The position numbers were made by a program, and so were the translations under genes. The notes below the pieces were generated by a model, which worked only from the letters and a program-made list of their open reading frames with translations, ran no database searches and had not been told where the DNA came from. DNA of 42,168 nucleotides from Nemertoderma westbladi (Eukaryota; Animalia; Xenacoelomorpha): positions 1 to 42,168 of the forward strand of contig JAUCBJ010001752.1 of assembly GCA_032718475.1 (NCBI GenBank). Reading direction: 5' to 3'. This document shows, in pieces, positions 10,901 through 21,317 of the stretch (its first letter is position 1; the number at the start of each line of letters is the position of its first letter).

Positions 10901-13180
10901 TTATCTATTCTCTCGCTAAATGTTGCCAACATGTCCTGCATAGACTCAGCCTTATGCTTAAAACTCCGACAGGACAAGTACGACATTGCCAGTGCAATTT
11001 CATATATCACTATAAGATGTGATATTGCAACCAAACCCATAATAGTGTTTCCAGACTGCCATTCTTCCCATTTTCTTCTACATGTAGCGAATCTTAATGA
11101 ACGATCAGTATACACCCTCTGCAGTATTAGCCCCATACAGAAAGTTAGTGAAATCTCTGTTAAAATATGTAACCTGCTCAATACTATTGACAGAATCTTG
11201 GGAAGGGAGGACCACCCATGGACTGCCAGAAAGAACACTTCTCCCTTCCCCAGCCAAAGCAACAACCATGACTGCGGAGGATTTTTATGTCTTTATGCAC
11301 TTGCCTTAGCCACTGGCAACCTAACATTGAGACCTGAACACACCTGCAGTTCTCGTCTTCGTTCATGGCTTAAAAAATGCATAACTGACATCAAAATACC
11401 AGATTTAACACTTAACACCAACTCCATTAATTATCCAAGTGAATACACCTCAACAAAACAAAGGCTGCGGACAGGAAAGTCTCCCTTTGACCCAAAGAAT
11501 ATGGCACATATTACCGAACTCTCTCAAATACCCAGGAAAGAAGCAATTCGCATAATATCTCAATCTACTCAGGAAGTCAACATGTTAACTCGGGACAATC
11601 TCATGCAAGATGCAAGGAAACTTATGTCACCTGTCCAGTGTGTAACACTACAGCTTAAACCACGTACATCACTTTTTGAGTTAGCCGTTGACATTCTAGA
11701 ACTGCTGAGATGCATACATGAACAAATTCTTACAGAACCTTGTCGTAAACGGCTGCGCAAAGCCACACCATCAGGTGAAGGGGATATCACTCTGGCAGGA
11801 CTCAGTAATGATATGAACTCAGCTGTAGCTGCAATACAGACCAGACTATGTATTCTTGAGAATGACATTGACGCACTCAAGCAGCAGAACTCTAACCTGC
11901 AAGAAGAGCTTAATCTTGAACGCAACACCAGGACAGTTATAGAGCACCATTTAAATGCTCTTACTGGGAAAATAAACAACTCACATCACCAACCAACAAC
12001 AACTAACAGCACCGCCATAGTATGCAATAGCAAACACCAAAACAACTCTGACTCAGGGAGAATAATTTCCCGCATTGTGAACCCTACACAGGTGCAGGAC
12101 AATCAGGATACAGCACCAACGAAATTGCAAACCACAGGAGAAGATCAACAGGATTTGGTGGTAATAGATCATTGGCCCACTCCCACTTGCAAAGAAATTG
12201 ACCAACCCCCTGTAACCTTACACACAGATAAATCACAATGGAACAGGGTTGTGGAGAAACATGTCAATCAACCCAGGAATAGAATGGGATGCGGCTCACA
12301 CAACTCCATACCAACCACCCTAAGTAACAAATTTGCTCCCTTGAGAGAAAATTGTGGTCCTCATTATAATACTCATCTCCAACAGCACCCAACCAAGAAG
12401 CTTCCATCCAATCATCAACCCCAAGTGCTGCCTTCTCACAACTCCATGAACAGAGTCCAGAAGCAACTAACCCAAAAGCACCAAGTGCATAATGGACCGA
12501 ATAACCAATCTGTTCCCCACACACCCTCTTATATAGACAACAGAGCAAATGATCCACCAACTACAAACTATACAAAGCATAATCTCACTAACCACCATAC
12601 AAAGGAAGCTCCCAGAGACAGAAGTTACGTAGAAAGGTTCCAATTGAAGGCCAACTACTTCAATGGCCATTCCTTCAAACAAACTTCTAATACACACCCT
12701 TCGTCAGTACCCTTTAAACTTAAATATCAAAGCAACAATGAAACCAATAATTACACCAGAGCCCCCAACCATATTCATACCTCAAACATCAAAACCTGTA
12801 ACAGTACATCAATTTTTCTTACTAACATTGACCCAATTATGTTTGAAGAGGATGTAGAAGCTTTCCTGCTTGATAAACACATAAATGTATACCAAATCAC
12901 AACAAGACGCAACCAGTTCACCCATTCTAAGATCATGCGCATCACAGTTGATAGTAAGGATGTAAACAAACTAACACATAACTTATTTTGGCCTCAAGAC
13001 AACCATTGTTATACATGGACACAGGACAGACAGAACTACTGGGAGAGGAACAATGCTCACCTTATAGGTAGAGAAGTAAACAGATGGAGACACAAACTAG
13101 AACGTCAACAGTGGGACCAAACTCTGAACAATCGCACCCATTACTCTTGGCCCATACAGAGATCTAATCAATATCTTTAG
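7907..13180 (+). CDS. LINE-A ORF1, 1757 aa: Ser/Gly/Thr 10-aa repeat, Ulp1/peptidase C48-like domain, coiled coil, C-terminal RRM-like domain
   Basis: Uninterrupted ORF; IIVFPDCHSSHFLL...PSQSNNHDCGGFLCLYA matches the C48 His and Gln/Cys motifs; heptad stretch LENDIDALKQQNSNLQEEL; SIFLTNID...MRITV...FWP resembles LINE ORF1 RRM-like domains and the C-terminus of LINE-B ORF1. Confidence 0.85.
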   Translation: MPSIARTPVKLKSRLPILCQPNQAEHRPRPYTRSRGPIAKATITNLSGPEATVSSLSGSGATITKLSGPEPKVSSLPGSGAMISSLSGLEATVSNSPGSGDMISSLSGPKATVSSLPGSGDMTSSLSEPKATVSSLPGSGDIISSLSEPKATVSSLPGSGDMISSLPGSGATISTSPESRAIFSSLSGQKAMVTSLHGSGAMITNLLGSGTTISSLSGSGTTISSLPGSRTTITSLPGSGTTISSLPGSGTTISSLPGSMTTISSLPGSGTTITSLPGSGSTISSLPGSRTTISSLPGSMTTISSLPGSGTTITSLPGSGSTISSLAGSGATISSSPGSGATISNLSGLEATVSSSPGSGATVSSLPGSGVTISSLSGLEVTVSSSPGSGATVSSLLGSGASIPRLHGSGATISSSPGSGATISSSSGLEATISSSPGSGATVSSLPGSGATISSLSGLEAMVSSSPGSGATVSSLLESRASISRLPGSGATISSSPGSRATISCLSGLEATVSSSPGSGATVSSLLGSGASISSLPGSGATISNSPGSGATNSDLSASGPMIISSWNLIGKTSTPQYIRECGGVDDNPVCMTRMHQQSDLGFEDIHSSICKSYDISKADIQVPICVNDTVPVSHTMFHNATVHTSTCTYLTAGLCSNPPSHPIYVTTSDPRTTINYVPVCLVNTSQPTDPLFQNTVCNVATPYGDTIMHTTSRSHHCQSTYNPPHTHSTVNNVTDIRPTQSTATPTNKYNNTLVTNRPASTVDPPEGSIDEVLPELQTTDRPINKVLVEDLTSDGRWIVRDKPTIRELTYPVNKTLKLIDTVTPAMNSRKCTTKEAPLKRKGGKNNNKVPVNKEALNKGPIRHNSKGKPASIGVPSNNSNTCPNNADSTSDIEIIESPTPPTNATDVSHLPQSIGTPGLTQPSSTVREVPDSETVEWLDEFINVFPDSHNSYNEQDIINAATRKPRTTGLTLLKPYDPDWAYFEPGVNLSTTIVDSFLSILSLNVANMSCIDSALCLKLRQDKYDIASAISYITIRCDIATKPIIVFPDCHSSHFLLHVANLNERSVYTLCSISPIQKVSEISVKICNLLNTIDRILGREDHPWTARKNTSPFPSQSNNHDCGGFLCLYALALATGNLTLRPEHTCSSRLRSWLKKCITDIKIPDLTLNTNSINYPSEYTSTKQRLRTGKSPFDPKNMAHITELSQIPRKEAIRIISQSTQEVNMLTRDNLMQDARKLMSPVQCVTLQLKPRTSLFELAVDILELLRCIHEQILTEPCRKRLRKATPSGEGDITLAGLSNDMNSAVAAIQTRLCILENDIDALKQQNSNLQEELNLERNTRTVIEHHLNALTGKINNSHHQPTTTNSTAIVCNSKHQNNSDSGRIISRIVNPTQVQDNQDTAPTKLQTTGEDQQDLVVIDHWPTPTCKEIDQPPVTLHTDKSQWNRVVEKHVNQPRNRMGCGSHNSIPTTLSNKFAPLRENCGPHYNTHLQQHPTKKLPSNHQPQVLPSHNSMNRVQKQLTQKHQVHNGPNNQSVPHTPSYIDNRANDPPTTNYTKHNLTNHHTKEAPRDRSYVERFQLKANYFNGHSFKQTSNTHPSSVPFKLKYQSNNETNNYTRAPNHIHTSNIKTCNSTSIFLTNIDPIMFEEDVEAFLLDKHINVYQITTRRNQFTHSKIMRITVDSKDVNKLTHNLFWPQDNHCYTWTQDRQNYWERNNAHLIGREVNRWRHKLERQQWDQTLNNRTHYSWPIQRSNQYL
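8030..9580 (+). repeat. Coding minisatellite, 30-bp unit (~50 copies) encoding SGATISSLPG variants
   Basis: Unit GGATCTGGGGCGACGATCTCGAGTTTACCT and variants recur every 30 nt with the reading frame preserved. Confidence 0.95.
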
Positions 13181-13232
13181 CAGTGAGTCGTATACTAGCA
13201 CACAACCAACGACGAAACAGGCTGGATGGAAC

Positions 13233-16200
13233 ATGGACCAAAAGGAAGCTTTGACAGTAAAATCTGACATCGATGGAGGAACCACTAGCTGTAACCCCCC
13301 TTCCATCATAATAGGGTCACTTAACACTCATGGCTTCTCATCGAACTCTACCTACATCACTAACCTGCTCAAATCATGTAATGTGTTGGGAATACAGGAG
13401 CACTGGCTCGATGAATTAGAATGTCGAACCATCCTTCAGAATCTAGATGACCATTTTCACTGTGTTTTCTCAATCAGCAATCTAATGCAGAATCCATACC
13501 GCAAACGAGGAGCTCGGGGTACTGCACTTTTCTTTAGGAAAAAATTGTTTTCAAGTTGGAATGAATTAGGGTCTGGGGATGACATCTGTGGAATACAGGC
13601 AAAACTACAGAATGCAGAATCGCCACTCATACTCCTATCATGTTATGCACCAGATGCAAGCAAGGATAGAACTATATACCACGATTTCCTTGGCAGACTC
13701 GAATCAATCCTAAGCCAACATCCTCTATCCTCCCTAATCATAATGTCGGATACAAATGCTGACCTTGGTAGACTCCAGGGAGAGAGATCTAATCATGATG
13801 TAGCTAATGAAAGAGGAAAATTTCTTAATAACTTCCTTAACAAAAACAATTTGACAGCAGTGGATACACTCAGCACTTTCACAGGACCCTGTATAACGTA
13901 TAGGGGTCATGGAGAATCTTATATCGACCATATTCTAATGGCAACTCAGGACACCAGCTTAATTACCAGTGGTCAAGTCTTTCATGAGGACCCAGTAAAC
14001 AACTATTCGGATCATACACCCCTTGTTGCAACTATTCAGCTAAAAACTAAACTGGAGGATGCGTCAGCCTCGCACTCACAACAATCGAAACGACTACTAA
14101 AATTTGCATGGAACAAAGCAACACCAAGCCAAAAACAGAAATACATGTCTTCAGTCAGCACATCCCTCAGTGAAATTGATTGTAAGCTGGCCCAGAACCA
14201 GAGCACACTGTCGACAACCCATTTGAATGAGAGGGCAGAATTGATACAATCAGTCATACTGAATGCTGCTATCCAACACATTCCAAGAATCAAAAATCGC
14301 AAGAAGACAACCAATATTTGTATTCGATCTAACATCCTCAAACGGAGATGTAAAACAACAAGAGACCTTTACGAGATTTGGTGCAAGAAAGGCAAAGATC
14401 TTGAAGATCCAGTTGCAGCTGAATTCAGGGAGTCAAAACGGTCAGCTCGACGCCTAAAGAATTTTCTTTCTAAAAATATCACTGCCAATAATATCAATCA
14501 ATGGGTCTCTTACGGTACAACAAATCCACAATATTTTTGGAGCAAGGTAAACCACAGGAAAAAGCAAGAAACAACATCACCGGAAATGCAAAGCACACTG
14601 CGATCCCACTATAATAACAAATTTAATCAAGATACAGAAAAGCTGCTCGATCCAAGAATTCAAAATAAATTAGATGAAGACTGCAAGAAAAACCCCGTGC
14701 CACACATCTCACCTCTTTCAGTAAGGCGCGCTATCATATCAATATCTACTGGAAAGGCACCCGATATCTCATCTCTAACAATAGAGCACCTCCTGCACCT
14801 CCAGCCTGACCCTGTATGTGAAATATTGGCTGATTTGGTCAATTGTTGTTTCCTACTAAAATCGGTGCCCTCTTCTTACGGAGATTCAGTCTTAAGCAGC
14901 CTATTCAAAGGTAAGGGACGGAATACTTACAACCCATCATCCTACCGGCCCATAGTATCTATCAACATTTTTGCAAAAATACTAGAACACATCCTTATAT
15001 CCAACTACCTCACAGACCTCAACAATCATAGTAACCAGATGGCTTATAAGAAGAGACATGGTACCGATCTAGCCATTGCAACTATTCTGGAATGCATAGA
15101 GTACTACCGATCCAGGGATTCACCGTTATTTATTTAATTCAATTAGACATAGAGTCTGCCTTTGACAGCATTGAGTACTACACACTGGTTGACAAACTCA
15201 TCGAAAGCAGCATAAATCCACATATCATCTTAACAATTTTGGCCTATTACAAATCCAGTAAGATATTCCTTAAATTCGGTGAGATGATACAAACCAATCC
15301 CATTGCTGTAACCAAAGGTCTGAAACAGGGATCTCTACTGTCACCCACGTTATTCAACCTGTATACAGCTGACATTGTTTCTGGTATACAATCGTCAGGT
15401 CTAGGATGCTATGTAGGGCCCATCTGGTTAGGAACAATGGTTTATGCAGATGACTTTCTCCTTCTCAGTACTACCGCAACAGGTCTACGCGAAATGACGG
15501 AAGTACTACATAAAAAGGCCAACTCAGTCTCCCTATCAATCGAACACAGCAAAACAAAATGGATTTGGATTGGCAAACAATTCAGGAAAAGTAAAACACA
15601 TGAACCATCTGTCATCAACATCAATGGAACCCCGATCACAAGAAGCTCCCACCTCACCTTTCTTGGATACAAACTGCATGGATCTATAACATCTAGTCAG
15701 ATCCTCAATGAAACTATACAATCAATAGCGATTTTGTCCCAAACATTCCACTCTAAGGGATGGACTACACGTTGGCTTTGCAGTAAGACTGTCTTTAAGA
15801 TTTGGTCAACAATGTCAGTCCCTGTAATCACTTATCAACTAAAAATGAACATTGGTGCTCTCAACGATACAGATCTCGGAAAACTGGATGCCTACTACAG
15901 GAAAACTCTACGCGGTTTGCTCCATCTGGGATCCTACATTAGCAACACAACTCTCTACTGTTTATCTCGGTGCCTCCCTATCTCTACCGAGGCGTTCCGC
16001 CAGTGTCTTGGCAACTTGATGCGGGCTTTCAGTTGTCCAAATCCCACTCTGCAACTCGGATTCCGGTTGGCGTTACATAGTAATGCCCACCCTAACAGTT
16101 CACACAGGGGCATCTCTTGTGGTTATGTAAAAGCAGCTACGACTTTTCCAATTCCACGTCTTTTTTCGCTAGCCTCGTTCAAGTATGATACTAAACATAT

Positions 16201-16342
16201 AATTGACCGAATCAATAATGGGTGCCCTACCAATAAAGACAGGTTAACCTCGGACTTTGTAGAGAATTGCTTCCAACTGAAATCAACATCCCTGGACAAA
16301 AAGAGATCGAGAATAAGAGATTACTTGTGTGCTATTATATAA
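13233..16342 (+). CDS. LINE-A ORF2: APE endonuclease + reverse transcriptase, one frameshift at about 15125-15135
   Basis: GSLNTHG, GIQEHW, SDTNA, SYIDHI, YSDH (APE); YRPI, LDIESAFD, GLKQGSLLSP, YADD (RT). ORFs 13233-15137 and 15092-16342 join across TTATTTATTTAA. Confidence 0.9.
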
Positions 16343-16696
16343 CGACTCGTACATACAACTTACATTTCCTAACACTGACTTCCTGTTCTGACAACACAAC
16401 GACATCAATGCCAATGTACCATCATTACCATGCTTGTACAGTACTACCTTGTATATATGTAACGTTTAGTTTGCCTGCACTGAATACGGTACCTCTTATC
16501 TGTAATTCTGGAACAACCTGTGACCACTACAAACTATTATATGGATCCTATTTCTGAATGTTTTAATGTTTATTGTTTTTATTGATGAATTTTATTGTGC
16601 AGTGCCATAAATTTTATTTAACATAATATGCAACATGTTTTTATTTGTTAATATAATTGTCGGCTCGACTGACATACCCGATGAAATGAAATGAAA

Positions 16697-17250
16697 TATT
16701 CTATTTAACAAATTCACGCTCTAACTGATGGGAACATTCGAAAGTGTATTACGATTCCGCTGGCTATACAGTCAAACTTTTTTTAATGTAATCCCATTTA
16801 AGTATGTATGTACGTAACAATTGATTGGTTTTATGTTCAGTAGATTTTAACATATCTTATCTAATTTCTCTAGCGCACCGCAGAGATTGCGCCAAAGAAT
16901 ACTATACCGTAATGTTGGCGCTATGAAAATGTATATTTATTATAATATTTATAATATTTTAATGTATTTATTTAGTGTATTTATTCCAAAATTCTAATTT
17001 CTAATCCATCTAGCATCTCTAGTGTGTGTGGTGGTATGGTAGGAAATATTGCATTCAACAAATTTTCTGCAGCGTGCATCTTACAAATGTTGTAGGAATA
17101 TTTAAATTATTAGGTAAATGTATTCCAACATTGTAATGATTGACAGGAGATAAGACTTGAGTCTTGACACATGTAGAAGATTACCAAAGGAGAAAAAAAT
17201 TCGGCAACAATCTTTCAGTAAGACATTTCAGCCAATTACATTGATAGACA
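16697..17250 (+). repeat. 554-bp direct repeat, right copy
   Basis: Starts immediately after the (ATGAA)n tail; near-identical to 7307-7861. Confidence 0.95.
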
Positions 17251-17481
17251 CTGCGTGTAAATTGTTAAATGCCCTCTTGGCCTCCCACTTTGTAAAACTA
17301 TAATATTCTTCCCATCCCATAATGTTCGCTTATTTAACTCTTACGAAGAGAAATATATACATAATTTGAACTTGCTAGTCACACCAACTCTAGCTAACAC
17401 CTAAACCAGACATACGCCATGGGGGTCGGGCTTGCTCAAACTATTTCCTTGACTAGGTCATGGACGTATTCCGGTTGTTTG

Positions 17482-17607
17482 ATTGGTTACTTTAAAGGCG
17501 AGAATGAGGGTCTACTATTGGTTATTTCCTCCAGGACAAGATGTTGGAATCACATTGGTTAAGGAAGGTAATTGCTTATTTAAACCTTTATAGTTTCTGG
17601 TTCAGTT
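17482..17607 (+). promoter_or_regulatory. Putative actin core promoter: three inverted CCAAT boxes, TATA-like box, initiator
   Basis: ATTGG at 17482, 17517 and 17554; TATTTAAA at 17577-17584; TCAGTT Inr at 17602-17607, about 27 nt downstream of the TATA start. Confidence 0.6.
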
Positions 17608-17623
17608 ATTTGGTAACTTCTAA

Positions 17624-18850
<1,227 letters not shown>

Positions 18851-19299
18851 GCGATCGCCGCCGAAACAAAGGATTGTTTGCAGATTTCGTTTCAACACAC
18901 AAAAACTAATTACGTATTTTACTTTTAATTGTTATAATTTAACATTTTTTCAGGGAATATAAGTTGCTCTTCGGTTACCGATCCATCGTTTGCGTGCATA
19001 ACCTAGCTTAGTGCGTTATCTTATTTTGAGTGTAATACTTTTATGCACCATATACTACAGTAATTCTAGTCTAGCCAATTATAATTACAGTATAATATAA
19101 ATGATATAATAATAGCAATTAAAATGAAAAAATTAGAATAATTGAATTATTTACAGATAAAAAACAAATTTATTTTGAAACTAATACAAACCACTTTAAA
19201 TTATGGCCTGGTAAAAATTTACCAAATACTAAGAATATATGTGGCAACTTTGTCAGAAACTACAAGTCGCCGATCAAGTTGCTTCGTGTAAACATGAAG

Positions 19300-20128
19300 T
19301 TGTTATAAAAAAAACGTTTCCACATTTAAACTGCGGTATTTCATAATGAGTTGTTCCATATTGTTAGATTCAGCCCCTCTGGTAACCTGTTTTTTTGTTA
19401 AAACCTGCTATTGATTACCACTCGATTTGTCCTATCCAATGAATAGTTATTATTAATATTATGACCTTCAACATACAAATTAATGTAATTGTTGCACAAA
19501 GTTAACAGTAAGTTAATTAATTAATAACGGAGAAGTTATCTGTAATTGTCTGGATTAACGGTAAGACCTTTCTTTTTGTAAATTGGAGCGATTATTGCCG
19601 TAGCCCAATCCACTGGAAACTGTCCGGACGATAAGATACAGTAGCATTGAGAGCGGCCCTATTGAAAACGGCGGCCTTTGCATTCCTAATACATCTACAG
19701 TATTCAGACGGGACCCAAGTCAGTAGGTTGAATGATTGTACTGTATGGCTATTTTTCCAGCTGTTTAATAATTTCGGAAGATTACTTTCTTGTCAAAGCA
19801 TTCCTCTGTGTACCAAGGGTAAGATAAGATGAATTTAGCCTTTAATTTGAACAGTTCACTGTAAAAAAGCTACCCGCAACCTCTTGTAGATTAGATAGTC
19901 AACTACTTTAGATGGAGCTGTATCAATTGACCCTGGCTCAAATACACCAGAGCTTAGAGTGTGTCCGCAAATGATTAAATTTGTCCTGTATAACTTTGGA
20001 TAAATGTTCATTTTTAAACTCTTCCCCTCTCTGCTTCTTCCACTTGTATCTAAATTATTTTAGTGGTCACGGGAGTAGTGTCTTGGTCATTTGAAGTAGC
20101 ATTTTCAGATACCCCGTTTTCTTGTTCT
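19300..20128 (-). pseudogene. Degenerate older LINE ORF2 fragment (linker and start of RT), downstream part of the element interrupted by LINE-B
   Basis: Minus strand reads RYKWKKQRGEEF and SSGQFPVDWATAIIAPIYKKKGLTVNPDNYR, with stops and frameshifts; lower boundary approximate. Confidence 0.75.
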
Positions 20129-20429
20129 AATAAAAATTCTTAGTAAGACTTAGTGAATTCTTAGAATTCTTGAATTCTAAGAATTCTTAGAGAATACTTA
20201 GTAAGAGAGGGTGACTAAATTTTAAGAGTTAATTTACGCATAGCTAACCCTCAGGCATATAATAACTTGTAACTCCACAGATTATTTATTTAGGGGCGAT
20301 ATATTTAAAAAATTTAAGCTGCTAAATAAAGAAACCGGATAAAGAACACAAATAATAAGAGTAATAATAGTAATACATTGTACTCTTTGGTCAGAGACTT
20401 TGATTAAAATTTTAACTTCATCGCCAATT

Positions 20430-21317
20430 ATGGCACAGGATTATATCAATGCAGTTAATGAGGTGCTAGGAATGCTTAGAACTATAAAGGCGAAGAAAAG
20501 TTTTACAAATGAGGAAGAAAGATTATTAATAGAGAACTTAATGGGTATGAACTCAATGTACACCATAGTTACAGGTACGCTCGCTGACACCCGCAAGGAT
20601 CTAATCGATGCAAAGAGTATGCTTCTCGACTTAAATTCGAAAGTAAATGAGCTAACCAAAAGCGACGCCGTGCTCCATGCAGCTAGCTGTATCGAGACTT
20701 CGAAACCTTCTCCCCCTCCCCCCATGACGTTCTCCAAGGTAGTAGTAAACCGACGTGCTCCACCTGTCACCGCGCCGGCTGCAATGCCCAACACCCACGC
20801 TCCGGCAGCTACGGTCTCAAACAGTGCAGGCCCTACACAGGCGATATCCGGTGCCCAGACAGGCGGTCCCCCTCTTCGACGCGGAACGCCGATAACCCGC
20901 GGAACACGGACGGGTGGGACTCTTCAAGCGATCCCACCAAGCCACCAACCGAAAACCGCGGCCCCCAGGAAAACTCATGTTCACGTGGGTCGGCTGCACC
21001 CCAGCGTCAAGGGCCGCGACATTGAGAACTTTCTGAATTCGGAAAATATTCCCTTCGACCAAGTAACCGAAATACCGAGACATCCGGAGTCCCCATACCA
21101 AAGCTTTCATGTAACGGCTGACCAAGTACACCGAGAAACCCTAATGGACCCAACGATTTGGGAAACCGGTATCACCGTGCGAAATTACCGACTCTCTGGC
21201 GCGGAACGGGAGTCTCTGGGTTTGAAACCGAGAGGACGGCGTTTGGAACCCGGTAGCATCCCGCCCGATGGAACATCGCGCGCTGGGATCATAGACCTTT
21301 CGGAAACATTAGATTGA
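20430..21317 (+). CDS. LINE-B ORF1: coiled coil, Pro/Ala linker, RRM-like domain
   Basis: First ATG 20430; heptads LADTRKDLIDAKSMLLDLNSKVNEL; HVHVGRLHPS...YQSFHVT...IWETGITVRNY is typical of LINE ORF1 C-termini. Confidence 0.8.
   Translation: MAQDYINAVNEVLGMLRTIKAKKSFTNEEERLLIENLMGMNSMYTIVTGTLADTRKDLIDAKSMLLDLNSKVNELTKSDAVLHAASCIETSKPSPPPPMTFSKVVVNRRAPPVTAPAAMPNTHAPAATVSNSAGPTQAISGAQTGGPPLRRGTPITRGTRTGGTLQAIPPSHQPKTAAPRKTHVHVGRLHPSVKGRDIENFLNSENIPFDQVTEIPRHPESPYQSFHVTADQVHRETLMDPTIWETGITVRNYRLSGAERESLGLKPRGRRLEPGSIPPDGTSRAGIIDLSETLD

Larger units (their letters stand above)
7862..16696 (+). mobile_element. Near full-length non-LTR retrotransposon LINE-A (APE-RT; RTEX-like clade suggested)
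   Basis: 45-nt 5' leader, ORF1, ORF2 with APE and RT motifs, AT-rich 3' UTR, terminal hairpin TGTCGG-CTCGA-CTGACA and (ATGAA)3 tail abutting the right direct repeat. Confidence 0.9.

Noticed and set aside
15120-15140. Programmed -1 frameshift in LINE-A ORF2
   Set aside because: No clear X XXY YYZ slippery site or stimulator, and it lies within the RT domain; a mutation or sequencing indel is more likely (same for LINE-B near 23957).
10087-15721. Antisense ORFs overlapping LINE-A (and similar ones over actin and the CYP)
   Set aside because: Shadow frames of real coding sequence with no recognisable motifs.
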